A DNA stretch of 42,804 nt from Solirubrobacteraceae bacterium (GCA_036788555.1 DAIQND010000001.1:1-42804), one strand, 5' to 3'; shown: positions 1-9,621, counted from the first letter of the stretch. Numbers and translations: made by a program. The notes: generated from the sequence alone by a model not told the origin.

Positions 1-29
1 GCCGGCGACCCGGGCGCCCGGGCACAGCC

Positions 30-1178
30 TCACACAAACGCCTCGCCCGGCAGCCCCGCGGCCTCCTGCCCCGCCACCCACCGCAGCACGCTCGCCCCTA
101 CGTCGGCCAGGAGCCCGTCGTGTCGGCCCCCCTCGCACCCCGGCCACACGGCAAGGAGCGGCGCGTACTCGCGCGTGTGGTCGGTGTGCGGCGCGGTCGG
201 GTCCACCCCATGGTCGGCGGTCAGCACCAGCAGGTCGCCCTCGTCCAGCAGCGTCAGCCATTCGCCAACCGCGGTATCGATCTCGATCAGCGCCTCATGG
301 AAGCCCTCGACGTCGTGGCGGTGCCCGTAGACCTGATCGGTCTCGACCAGGTTGACGAAGATCAGCCCCGATTCGGCCTCGCGCAGCAGCCGCGTGGTCT
401 GGGCGATCCCCGCGGCATTGGTCGCGCCGGGGTGCTTGACGTCGACTCCGACGCCCGCGAACAGATCGTGGATCTTGCCCACGCCGTGGACGACCACCCC
501 GGCATCCTGGAGCTCCTCGAGGTAGGAGCGGGCCGGTGGCAGCACCGAGTAGTCCCGCCGGCCCTCGGTGCGCCGGAACGACCCCGGCGCACCCTCGAAC
601 GGCCGCGCGATCACCCGGCCCACCGCGTGCTCGCCCCTCATCACCCGCCGCGCGGCCGCGCACGCCGCCTGCAGCTCCTGCTCCGGCATGACATCGACAT
701 GCGCCGCTATCTGCGCCACCGAGTCGGCCGAGGTGTAGAGGATCGCCTCCCCGCTCTGCAGATGGTGGGCGCCGAAGGCCTCGATCACCTCGGTGCCGCT
801 GAACGGGCGGTTACAGCAGAAGCGAAGGCCGGTGGCCTGCTCCAGGGCGCTGATCACCTCAGGCGGGAAGCCGTTCGGGTAGGTGGGCAGCGGGTCGGCC
901 GGCACCACCCCCATGAGCTCCCAGTGGCCGGTGGTCGACTCCTTACCGGGGCCCAGCGGCCGCAGCCGCCCGTGCACCGCCGGCCGCGAGGCCGGCTGCA
1001 CCCCCCGGATCGGCTCGATCGACCCGAGGCCCAGACGCTCGAGCGTCGGCAATCTCAGCCCGCCGACCTGCTCTGCCAGGTGCACGAGCGTGTTCGATCC
1101 GGCGTCACCGTATACGGCCGCGTCCGGGAGCTCGCCGATGCCGCAGGCATCCATGACGACCACGATCGCCCTACGCAC
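30..1178 (-). CDS. deoB: Phosphopentomutase
   Basis: Motifs VVMDACGIGELPDA..YGD.GSNTL, GKESTTGHWELMG, YTSADSV.QIAAH, GRVIARPF, YGHRHD, TADHG.DP, TDHTRE. Confidence 0.96.
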   Translation of the reverse strand: MRRAIVVVMDACGIGELPDAAVYGDAGSNTLVHLAEQVGGLRLPTLERLGLGSIEPIRGVQPASRPAVHGRLRPLGPGKESTTGHWELMGVVPADPLPTYPNGFPPEVISALEQATGLRFCCNRPFSGTEVIEAFGAHHLQSGEAILYTSADSVAQIAAHVDVMPEQELQAACAAARRVMRGEHAVGRVIARPFEGAPGSFRRTEGRRDYSVLPPARSYLEELQDAGVVVHGVGKIHDLFAGVGVDVKHPGATNAAGIAQTTRLLREAESGLIFVNLVETDQVYGHRHDVEGFHEALIEIDTAVGEWLTLLDEGDLLVLTADHGVDPTAPHTDHTREYAPLLAVWPGCEGGRHDGLLADVGASVLRWVAGQEAAGLPGEAFV

Positions 1179-1236
1179 GGCTCTGGGTTTGCGCCCGAAC
1201 GATCGCCGCCATTGATGAAGACCACGTTAGGGCTTG

Positions 1237-1266
1237 TTGCTCGATGTCCCTCCCCCTGTCTAAGGT
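1237..1266 (+). promoter_or_regulatory. Putative sigma70-type promoter of the nucleoside ABC operon
   Basis: TTGCTC (1237-1242), 18-nt spacer, TAAGGT (1261-1266); RBS AAAGGAG at 1288-1294 before GTG 1300. A minus-strand TAACGT (1224-1229) may serve deoB. Confidence 0.5.
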
Positions 1267-1299
1267 TCCGCGATCCGTACTGGGACGAAAGGAGAAGCT

Positions 1300-2376
1300 G
1301 TGACTGGGAGGCGTACGAGATTACGCGGCCTCGGTGTTCTGGCGATTGTCGTGCTCGGGCTCGTGGTGGCCGCGTGCGGGAGCAGCAGCAGCAGCAGCAG
1401 CTCGGTCGGTGGCGGCAGCAGCTCCACCAGCACGAGCTCGTCGAGCTCATCGAGCGCCGGCAAGTTCAAGGTCGGCCTGGTCACCGACATCGGCGGCCTC
1501 AACGACCACGGCTTCAACCACCTGTCCTATGAGGGGTTGCTCCAGGCCGAGTCTCAGCTCGGCGTCCAGGGTACGGTTCTGCAGTCCAACTCGGGGGCTG
1601 ACTACATCCCGAACCTGAGCAGGCTGGCCGCCGCCGGCAACAAGCTGGTGATCGCGGTCGGGTTCCTGATGGCCCAGCCGCTCCAGCAGGTCGCGCAGAA
1701 GTACCCGAACACGCACTTTGCGATCATCGACAGCCCGGGCGGCACGGCTCCGGATACCGCCAAGAACATCGAGGGGATCGACTTCGCAGAGCAGCAGGCG
1801 GGCTACCCGGCCGGGTACCTGACCGGGCTCTACCTGAAGGCGCACAACTACACGACCGCCTCCACGGTCGGCGGCCAGAGCATCCCGCCGGTGAACCTGT
1901 ACATCGCAGGTTTCCAGGCGGGCGTCAAGGCGGCGGACCCGTCGGCGAAGCTGCTCAACGCCTACTCGCAGAACTTCACCGATGAGTCCTCGTGCAAGGA
2001 GCTCGCGCTCAATCAGATCAACGCCGGCTCCAAGGTGGTCTTCCAGGTCGCCGGGGCCTGCGGGCTCGGCGTGATCTCGGCCGGCGTCCAGACCCATACC
2101 CAGGTGATCGGTGTCGACGCCGACCAGGCATACCTGGCTCCGACCCTCGTCCTGACCTCGGCGGAGAAGATGGTCAACACCGGCGTGTTCACGGCGATCA
2201 AGGACCTGCAGGCCGGCCAGTTCTCGAGCAATCTGCAGGAGAACATCTCCAACGGCGGAGTGGGGATCGGCAAGATCGATGCCGCCGGCGCGCCGTATCA
2301 ATCCCAGATCAACAACGTGATCTCGCAGATGAAGGCCGGAAAGATCAATCCCCCCACCACCCTCCTGGTCAAGTAG
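1300..2376 (+). CDS. BMP-family (PnrA/TmpC-like) nucleoside ABC transporter substrate-binding lipoprotein
   Basis: Signal peptide with lipobox VAAC, Ser-rich linker, VTDIGGLND.GFN, F.EQQAGY.AG, IGVDADQ; first gene of an ABC operon. Confidence 0.93.
   Translation: MTGRRTRLRGLGVLAIVVLGLVVAACGSSSSSSSSVGGGSSSTSTSSSSSSSAGKFKVGLVTDIGGLNDHGFNHLSYEGLLQAESQLGVQGTVLQSNSGADYIPNLSRLAAAGNKLVIAVGFLMAQPLQQVAQKYPNTHFAIIDSPGGTAPDTAKNIEGIDFAEQQAGYPAGYLTGLYLKAHNYTTASTVGGQSIPPVNLYIAGFQAGVKAADPSAKLLNAYSQNFTDESSCKELALNQINAGSKVVFQVAGACGLGVISAGVQTHTQVIGVDADQAYLAPTLVLTSAEKMVNTGVFTAIKDLQAGQFSSNLQENISNGGVGIGKIDAAGAPYQSQINNVISQMKAGKINPPTTLLVK
1381..1401 (+). repeat. (AGC)7 in-frame trinucleotide run encoding poly-Ser
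   Basis: agcagcagcagcagcagcagc directly after the lipobox Cys-Gly codons. Confidence 0.9.
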
Positions 2377-2392
2377 TCAGACGCCACCCGCC

Positions 2393-3931
2393 GTGCCGCA
2401 GTCAAATCCCCCGGCCCTCGAGCTGAGGGGAATCACGAAGAGGTTCGGCTCGGTCCTCGCCAACGACCGAGTCGACTTCGACGTGGTGCCAGGTGAGGTC
2501 CACGCGCTGCTCGGTGAGAACGGGGCGGGCAAGTCGACCCTCATGTCGGTCCTCTACGGGCTGTACAAGCCCGATGCGGGCGAGATCCTGATCGACGGCC
2601 GGCCGGTGGAGATCGGCTCGCCATCGGCCGCGATCGAACTCGGGATCGGAATGGTCCACCAGCACTTCATGCTGGTTCGCGTGATGACGGTGGCCGAGAA
2701 CATCGTGCTCGGACAGGAGCCGAGCCGCCGGGGGATGCTCGACCTGAAGGCGGCCCGGGCGCGGGTCCGCGAGCTCTCCGAGCGCTACGGCCTGCAGGTT
2801 GACCCCGACGCGCGAATCGAGGACATAACCGTCGGGGCCGAGCAGCGGGTGGAGATCCTCAAGGCGCTGTACCGAAACGCTCGGATCCTCGTGCTCGACG
2901 AGCCGACGGCCGTCCTGACCGCGCAGGAGGTCCGAGAGCTCACCGGCGTGCTCGCCCGCCTCAAGCAGGACGGAGCCGCGATCGTGTTCATCTCTCACAA
3001 GCTCGGCGAGGTGCTCGAGGTCGCGGATCGGATCACGGTGCTCAGGCGCGGCCGGAAGGTGGATACGGTCCCGCGCCAAGGGGCGACCGAGCGAAGCCTG
3101 GCGCGCCTGGTTGTGGGCCGCGACGTGATGCTCGCGCTCGACAAGACCCCGTCCCAGCCCGCCGCTCCGCTGCTCGAGGTGCGTGACCTCCACGTGCGCG
3201 ACGACCGGGACCTCGAGAAGGTCTCCGGACTCTCCCTTTCGGTCCGCGCGGGCGAGATCGTGGCGCTCGCCGGGGTTGACGGCAACGGGCAGCAGGAGCT
3301 GGTCGATGCGATCACCGGGATGCGCGCGCCGGAGTCCGGCGCGGTGGTGATCGACGGTCGGGACATCGCCGGGCGGGGGGTGCGAGCGGCAACCGAGGCC
3401 GGCGTGGCCCACATCGCCGAGGACCGCCACGTCCGCGGCCTGGTGCTCCCGTTCACGCTGGCGGAGAACCTCGCGCTCCGGCAGTACCGATCGCCGGAGC
3501 TCAGCCCCCACGGGTGGCTGCGCCTGGGTCACATGAAGGAGCGCGCCAGGGAGCTGCTGGCCGAGTTCGACGTTCGCGGCGGCGGAGTCGAGACGTACGC
3601 GGCGGCGCTCTCGGGCGGCAATCAGCAGAAGGTCGCGGTGGCCCGCGAGATCGCGTCCGATCCCAAGCTGCTGGTGGCCCACCAGCCGACGCGCGGCCTG
3701 GATGTCGGCGCGATCGAGTTCGTGCACCGCCGGCTGATCGAGGAGCGCGACAAGGGCCGCGCCGTGCTGCTGGTGTCGCTCGAGTATGAGGAGGTTAGGT
3801 CGCTGGCCGACCGGATCCTCGTGATCTACGAGGGTAAGATCGTGGGCGAGTTCCCGCCTGACGCAAGCGAGGAGGAGCTGGGGATAGCGATGACCGGGGG
3901 CAGGACGCAGACTGCTCAGGAGCCGCGGTGA
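2393..3931 (+). CDS. Nucleoside/sugar ABC transporter ATP-binding protein (two NBDs, CUT2 type)
   Basis: Walker A GENGAGKST, VHQHF, ILVLDEPT, second-domain LSGGNQQK and QPTRGLD. Confidence 0.95.
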   Translation: MPQSNPPALELRGITKRFGSVLANDRVDFDVVPGEVHALLGENGAGKSTLMSVLYGLYKPDAGEILIDGRPVEIGSPSAAIELGIGMVHQHFMLVRVMTVAENIVLGQEPSRRGMLDLKAARARVRELSERYGLQVDPDARIEDITVGAEQRVEILKALYRNARILVLDEPTAVLTAQEVRELTGVLARLKQDGAAIVFISHKLGEVLEVADRITVLRRGRKVDTVPRQGATERSLARLVVGRDVMLALDKTPSQPAAPLLEVRDLHVRDDRDLEKVSGLSLSVRAGEIVALAGVDGNGQQELVDAITGMRAPESGAVVIDGRDIAGRGVRAATEAGVAHIAEDRHVRGLVLPFTLAENLALRQYRSPELSPHGWLRLGHMKERARELLAEFDVRGGGVETYAAALSGGNQQKVAVAREIASDPKLLVAHQPTRGLDVGAIEFVHRRLIEERDKGRAVLLVSLEYEEVRSLADRILVIYEGKIVGEFPPDASEEELGIAMTGGRTQTAQEPR

Positions 3932-5181
3932 GCCTCCTCGAAGAGGAGCTCCAGGCCGAGGCCGACGAGGCCAAGGGCGCAGCGGCCCGCTCGCCCGCGG
4001 CGCTGACTGCGTTCCGGCGCGGTTTCGGCGGCGTGGCCGTCCCGATCCTCACGACGGTGATCGCGTTCATCGCCGGCGGGCTGATCGTGCTGGCGACCGG
4101 CCACAACCCGATTTCGACCTACTCCTCGATCTTCAACGGGACCGGCCTCAACTGGCTGTTCCCATGGGTCAGCGGGTCCGAACGCGCGACCGCGGCCGGG
4201 AACCTCCAGCAGACGCTTCTGCAGGCCACGCCGCTGATCCTGGCGGGCCTCGCGGTGGCGTTCGCGTTCCGCGCCGGCATGTTCAACATCGGCGGCCAGG
4301 GCCAGTACACGGTCGGAGGGATCGTCGCGGTGTGGGTCGGCTCCTCGTTCGCCGGGATGCCGCCGGTGCTCCACATCATCTTCGCGATCCTCGCCGCAGC
4401 CGCGGTGGGCGGTGCGTGGGCCGGGATCGCCGGTGTCCTGAAGGCGGCCACCGGCGCCAACGAGGTGATCTCGACGATCATGCTCAACTGGATCGCCATC
4501 TGGCTCGGGGTGTATTGCTTCCAGCTTGGCGGACCGCTGCACAACCACTCGATGCCCTCGACGCCGGTGTCGAACAATGTCGTCGCCGGCGCGAAGCTGC
4601 CGGTCTTCTGGGGCAGCGCCTCGCTCCAGGGCCTCGACGTCGGGATCTTCATCGCGCTCGCGCTCGCGGTCCTGTTCGCCCTGTTGATCAACCGAACACG
4701 GCTCGGCTACGAGGCCCGCACCGTCGGCTTCAACCCGGAAGCGGCGCGTTATGCCGGGATGAACGTCGGCGCCACCTGGATCCGCGTGATGCTGATCTCT
4801 GGCGCTTTTGCCGGCGTGGCGGCGTCGCTGGACATCCTCGGCTGGAAGTTCAACCTGTTCACGAACGACATCCAGATCTCGCAGATCGGCTTCTACGGGA
4901 TCGCGGTGGCACTGCTCGGCCGCAATACGGCCGGCGGTACCGTCGCAGCCGCGGTGCTGTTCGGGGCACTGTTGACCGGCACCTCGAATCGCAACATCAA
5001 CTTGAGCATCGACCCGACGCTGGTCCAGTACCTGACGTTCATGATCGAGGGCATCATCATCGTGCTCGTCTCGACCGACGTGATCACGCTGCGGCTGCTC
5101 AAAGGTGGGCGGCGGATCGCAGTCGCGCTCGGGCGCAGGTCTTCCGGGGGTTCCGGCGCGGGCCAGGAGCGAGACCGATGA
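3928..5181 (+). CDS. Nucleoside ABC transporter permease 1
   Basis: Multi-TM; AFRAGMFNIGGQGQ, NEVISTIMLNWIA, GF.GIAVALLGRN; GTGA overlap with the ATPase. Confidence 0.93.
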   Translation: MSLLEEELQAEADEAKGAAARSPAALTAFRRGFGGVAVPILTTVIAFIAGGLIVLATGHNPISTYSSIFNGTGLNWLFPWVSGSERATAAGNLQQTLLQATPLILAGLAVAFAFRAGMFNIGGQGQYTVGGIVAVWVGSSFAGMPPVLHIIFAILAAAAVGGAWAGIAGVLKAATGANEVISTIMLNWIAIWLGVYCFQLGGPLHNHSMPSTPVSNNVVAGAKLPVFWGSASLQGLDVGIFIALALAVLFALLINRTRLGYEARTVGFNPEAARYAGMNVGATWIRVMLISGAFAGVAASLDILGWKFNLFTNDIQISQIGFYGIAVALLGRNTAGGTVAAAVLFGALLTGTSNRNINLSIDPTLVQYLTFMIEGIIIVLVSTDVITLRLLKGGRRIAVALGRRSSGGSGAGQERDR

Positions 5182-6380
5182 GCGTGGGGACGATCGCCGT
5201 GGCGCCCGTGCGGGGCCTGTCGCCGAAGCATGTCGGGATCGCGGGCATGGTCCTCGGCGCGATTGCCTGGGTGATCACGATTCCGCCGTTTGGGGTCCGC
5301 GGGATGGTGCCGTCGATCGTGCTTGCCGCAGTGGCCGTGTTGGCCGGTGCGTGGGCGATCGCCGGGCGCGAGCGCAAACTCGGAATCGAGGCGATCCTGA
5401 TCGCGCTGCTCGCCGTGGCCGGCGCTGCTGCGTCAGCGCATTCGGGGGTCGCGACGCTCAGGTCCGTGTTCACCTGGTCGGCGCTGGTGGCGGCCACGCT
5501 GCGGTATGCGACGCCGCTGTTGTTCGCGGCGCTTGGCGGACTGATCTCCGAGCGCAGCGGAGTGTTCAACATCGGACTCGAGGGCATGATGCTGATGGGC
5601 TGCTTCTGGGGCATCTACGGGGCGGACCTGCTGCACTCCTGGGTCTGGGGCCTGCTCGTGGCGATGGTGTCGGGGGGTGTGCTGGCGCTGATTCACGCGG
5701 TCTTCTCCATCCACCTGCGCGCCAACCAGATCATCAGCGGCACGGGAATCAACTTCCTGGCCCTCGGGATCACCGGCTACTTCCTGGAGTACCACTACGG
5801 GCCCAATGGCACGCCGCTGAACATCTCGATGGTCCCCAACGTCCACCTCGCGTTCCTCCGACACGTTGGATTCTTCGGAACGGCGTTTGGTGACGCGAAC
5901 CTCATGACCTGGATCGGGCTGGCGCTTGTGCCGACGCTCACCTTCTTGCTGTTTCGGACTCGCGGCGGCCTGCGGCTGCGGTCGGTGGGCGAGATGCCGC
6001 GAGCCGCGGACACGGTGGGGCTCCCCGTGCTGCGAATTCGCTACCTGGCCGTGGTCGCCTCCGGCATGCTCGCGGCGCTCGGCGGCGCCTACCTCTCGGT
6101 CGGCTTCGTCGGGTCGTTCAGCAACGACATGACCAACGGCCGCGGCTTCATCGCGCTGGCCGCGGTGATCTTCGGCAAGTGGAAGCCATGGGGCGCCCTG
6201 TGGGCGACGCTTCTGTTTGGGCTCGGGAACGCCCTGTCGGACCGGGTGTCCAGCGTGAATCCAACGCTCGGGACGCTGTTCGAGGCGCTGCCCTACGTTC
6301 TCACCCTGGTCGCGGTCGCGGGGTTTGTCGGCCGCTCGCGGGCGCCGGCGGCAGGCGGCATTCCGTACGTGAGGGGGTAG
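5178..6380 (+). CDS. Nucleoside ABC transporter permease 2
   Basis: Start revised to ATG 5178 (ATGA overlap, AGGAG upstream); SERSGVFNIGLEGMML, GRGFIALAAVIFGKW.P, LPYVLTLV. Confidence 0.93.
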   Translation: MSVGTIAVAPVRGLSPKHVGIAGMVLGAIAWVITIPPFGVRGMVPSIVLAAVAVLAGAWAIAGRERKLGIEAILIALLAVAGAAASAHSGVATLRSVFTWSALVAATLRYATPLLFAALGGLISERSGVFNIGLEGMMLMGCFWGIYGADLLHSWVWGLLVAMVSGGVLALIHAVFSIHLRANQIISGTGINFLALGITGYFLEYHYGPNGTPLNISMVPNVHLAFLRHVGFFGTAFGDANLMTWIGLALVPTLTFLLFRTRGGLRLRSVGEMPRAADTVGLPVLRIRYLAVVASGMLAALGGAYLSVGFVGSFSNDMTNGRGFIALAAVIFGKWKPWGALWATLLFGLGNALSDRVSSVNPTLGTLFEALPYVLTLVAVAGFVGRSRAPAAGGIPYVRG

Positions 6381-6388
6381 GCGAACCG

Positions 6389-8116
6389 ATGGCCGTCGCC
6401 CGCCTGGCCCTGACCAGCCTCGTCGACGGCGAGGTGCGCCTGAGCGATGAGGTCGAGCTCTACCAGCGCACCTACACGACGCTGCTGCGCTCGAGCGGCG
6501 AGACCCAGCTGCGCGTGCTCGAGCCCTCTCACCGGGCGATGGGGTCGAGCCTGCATCCGCTGGCGGCCAGCGAGGAGCTCGATCTGGGCGCGTTCCTGTA
6601 TGCCGTGCGCCGGCTGCCCGACGGGATCATCGGCGCCCACCTGGTGATCATGGGCCAGGACGTCGGCGCGCTGACCGCCAGCGGCATCCCGGTCGAGTCC
6701 TGGACGGAGGCAGAGGCACCGGCCCGGCGCCGGCGCTGGTATGACAGCCGCAGCGGCACGCTGGCGGTGCTGATGGCCAGCGCCTCCGATGTCGACGACC
6801 TCGTGCCGACGCTCGTCGCGCTTCAGATCGAGTGGAACAAGATCCGCGTGCGGCAGCGGGCTGCGGGCTGGCCGAAGGGCGGTGACGTGCCAGCGGAGGA
6901 ATGCGCCCGTGAGCTCGGCGGCAGCGCCGAGGACTGGGCGCGGCTGCGCAACGCCTGGGGCGAGAGGTTCGCCGAGCGGATGGAGCTGATCGCCGAGCAG
7001 CGCATGGCGCTGCGGATCCGGATGCTGGGCGGAACCCACACCGGCTACGCCCGGCTCACCCGCCGCTGGTGGGCCCCGGTGAGCGCCGAGCTGGCGTTCG
7101 AAGGGCTAGCCGAGCGGCCCCTGTACTTCGTCTCCTCCAACACCCACAGCCTGGTCAACATCGTCACCGGGATCGCCCGCGACCGAGGCCCCGAGCTGGT
7201 GGCGTTCGTCGAGCAGATGGACGAACAGGACATCCTCCGCCAGGAGCTCGCGCGCTTTCGCCAGGGGCACACCGAGGGGTCCTGGGAGAACTTCCTGTAC
7301 TTCGTCGCGCGGCTCTACTTCAGCGCGCGCGGTGAGGCGGGCGCAGCCGAGCGGCGCGCCGCCGAGCAGGCGAAGGGCGTCACCCACCTGCGCAGCCAGA
7401 CCGCACTCCGGGTGCCCGCCCAGGTGCTCCCGCTGTCGGCCCTCGACGCGCAGGCGATCGACCCGCGGGTGGGCGAGGTCGACGCCGACGCGCTCGCCCA
7501 CAGTGGCGCGGTGATCGTCAACATCGACTACCCGCTCGGCGTCGCCGCGTACAACATCCTGCGCGAGGTGGCGGTCGACCGCTCGACGCTGCGCGGCGTC
7601 TACGTCCTCGGCAAAGCGGCCACGCTCAACGCCGACGTCGGCGACGTGATGATCTCGAGCGTCGTTCACGACGAGCACACCCGCACCACCTACTGGCTCG
7701 ACAACGCCTTCAGCGTCGACGACCTAGCCGCCGACCTGCGCTTCGGAACCGGCCTTGACAACCAGCGCGCGGTGACGGTCAAGAGCACGTTCCTGCAGAA
7801 CCGCTCCTACCTCGAGTTCTATTACCGCGAGGCGTTCACCGTCGTGGAGATGGAGGCCGGCCCTTACTGCGCCGCGGTCTACGAGATCGCCGACGCCGAC
7901 CGGCATCCGGTCGGCGAAGCGGTCAACTTCTCAAAGCTCCCGATCGACCTGGGGATCATCCACTACGCCTCGGATACTCCCTACACGCAGGCCCGCACCC
8001 TGGGCGCCCAGGGTCTCAGCTACTACGGGATGGACTCCACCTACGCCTCCTCGCTCGCCATCCTCCGGCGGATCCTGCACCTCGAGGGCGTGCTGTACGA
8101 GGGCGGCGAGGACTAG
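6389..8116 (+). CDS. Uncharacterised 575-aa protein with C-terminal nucleoside phosphorylase/AMP nucleosidase-like motifs (recalls DUF6909; not verified)
   Basis: Start revised to ATG 6389, 8 nt after the permease stop; host-like codon bias; motifs VLGKAATL...GDVMI, VEMEAG, HYASDTP. Confidence 0.75.
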   Translation: MAVARLALTSLVDGEVRLSDEVELYQRTYTTLLRSSGETQLRVLEPSHRAMGSSLHPLAASEELDLGAFLYAVRRLPDGIIGAHLVIMGQDVGALTASGIPVESWTEAEAPARRRRWYDSRSGTLAVLMASASDVDDLVPTLVALQIEWNKIRVRQRAAGWPKGGDVPAEECARELGGSAEDWARLRNAWGERFAERMELIAEQRMALRIRMLGGTHTGYARLTRRWWAPVSAELAFEGLAERPLYFVSSNTHSLVNIVTGIARDRGPELVAFVEQMDEQDILRQELARFRQGHTEGSWENFLYFVARLYFSARGEAGAAERRAAEQAKGVTHLRSQTALRVPAQVLPLSALDAQAIDPRVGEVDADALAHSGAVIVNIDYPLGVAAYNILREVAVDRSTLRGVYVLGKAATLNADVGDVMISSVVHDEHTRTTYWLDNAFSVDDLAADLRFGTGLDNQRAVTVKSTFLQNRSYLEFYYREAFTVVEMEAGPYCAAVYEIADADRHPVGEAVNFSKLPIDLGIIHYASDTPYTQARTLGAQGLSYYGMDSTYASSLAILRRILHLEGVLYEGGED

Positions 8117-8871
8117 ATCGCCCCCTGGCGCACCCCCGGCTGCCCGCCGCGGTACTCGGTGGGGAACTCGAGCCGCCGCCCGGGGATGCTGGCGCCGCGA
8201 TCGCTGTACTTGCCCAGCGGCAGGATCACGCGTCGCCAGGCCGAGAGAAGCATCGTCATCGCGCCGACGTACCAGGCGGCGCAGGCGCCGACGATGAAGA
8301 ACCATGCGGCGACGTCGGTCCAGGTGATGTCTCCGCTCCACAGCCCGACGCACAGGATCAACGACCCGATGCCAACCGTGAACAGGAGGAGCAGAAGCGG
8401 GAAGTTTCCATGCTTGCGGGAGAGGGCGGCGATCGCGCCGAAGGTGGTGAACAGCCCCAGCGGGATGAACCAGATCGCAAACGCCGGTTGTGCTGTGGAC
8501 AGCGGCGCGATCGTGATCGCTCCGGTGGCGCCGAGTGCCTGAATGATCGCCCACGCCATCCAGTAGGTGCCCCACATGGTGAGCAGTGAGGATGCGACGT
8601 AGTCACGGGCTTTGAACGACCAGATCCCCGCCGCGAACTGGACCAAGCCGCCCAACACCCCGTTGAACACGAAGAAGTAGACGGGGCTGTGGGGGTTACC
8701 CCACCAGTGCAGGATCCAGGTGGAGAGCACCATCGTCGAGCCGAAGAACCCCCACAGTCCGAGGGTGACCGGCGGCGCGATCGGCTGCAGGAACACGGTG
8801 AGCGGCGCGCGGGCGGCGGAACTCTGCGAGTTCGACGCTCCATTGGGATGGCCGGTGCTGCTGGTTTTCAT
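8113..8871 (-). CDS. GPR1/FUN34/YaaH (SatP-like) acetate transporter family protein, copy 2
   Basis: About 6 TM helices, P..LGL.GF, GGLVQF.AG.W.F, WG.YW; RBS GGAGG upstream. Confidence 0.8.
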   Translation of the reverse strand: MKTSSTGHPNGASNSQSSAARAPLTVFLQPIAPPVTLGLWGFFGSTMVLSTWILHWWGNPHSPVYFFVFNGVLGGLVQFAAGIWSFKARDYVASSLLTMWGTYWMAWAIIQALGATGAITIAPLSTAQPAFAIWFIPLGLFTTFGAIAALSRKHGNFPLLLLLFTVGIGSLILCVGLWSGDITWTDVAAWFFIVGACAAWYVGAMTMLLSAWRRVILPLGKYSDRGASIPGRRLEFPTEYRGGQPGVRQGAI

Positions 8872-8889
8872 GATCGAACCTCCTTCACG

Positions 8890-9621
8890 CTATTGCCCGG
8901 CCTTGACGCCCGGCTCGCCCTGCGGGTGCTCGATCGGCGTCAGCGGTGTGGCGCCGAATCGGTTTTCCTCAGCTCGCCAGCTGAGGTGCGGCAACACCAC
9001 GCGCCCATACAGCGCATCGAGCATGAACGCGGCTCCGTGGTAAATGAACAGTGCCGCCGCGGCCACGAAGATCCACCCGGCGGCGTGTTGCCATCCGGCC
9101 GATCCGGCGATCAATCCCGCCGAGGCGATCGTGGCCGCTGCGCCCGCAATGCCCTGGCTGATGAACTGGGCCGGGCTCCGCGCCAGCGCCGCGAACGCGG
9201 TCGTCCACGTGATCACCGCCATGTAGATAAACCACTGGCCGATCGGCTCAAAGCCATGCGCGAAGAGAGCCAAGGTGAACACGTGCGCGACGTCCATCAG
9301 CCACAGGAAGCCGTAGGCGATCCAGAACCCGCCCCACACTCCGAAGATCGACGCACCAACCGCATCGCGCGCCCGATAGCTCCACATTGCGGCGGCGAGC
9401 TGCCCAAAGCCCGAGAACAGCAGCAGGAAGGGGAAGATTACGGCCGCGCCCTTGGCCGCGCCCAGCTCGCCCGCGAACCACACGCCGAAAAGCAGGAAAC
9501 CGGTCGCTCCGGCGAAATGCCCGAGGACCGTCGGGGCGGCGATCGGCTGGAGGAAGATCGAGGTCCGAACGGCGTCTGGGTCCGGCGCGTGGGCCGCTTG
9601 TGGCTCAGCCAGCGTGCTCAT
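8890..9621 (-). CDS. GPR1/FUN34/YaaH (SatP-like) acetate transporter family protein, copy 1
   Basis: About 6 TM helices, FLQPIAAP.VLG, FSGFGQL.A, FG.WGGFWI; clear paralog of the adjacent gene. Confidence 0.8.
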   Translation of the reverse strand: MSTLAEPQAAHAPDPDAVRTSIFLQPIAAPTVLGHFAGATGFLLFGVWFAGELGAAKGAAVIFPFLLLFSGFGQLAAAMWSYRARDAVGASIFGVWGGFWIAYGFLWLMDVAHVFTLALFAHGFEPIGQWFIYMAVITWTTAFAALARSPAQFISQGIAGAAATIASAGLIAGSAGWQHAAGWIFVAAAALFIYHGAAFMLDALYGRVVLPHLSWRAEENRFGATPLTPIEHPQGEPGVKAGQ

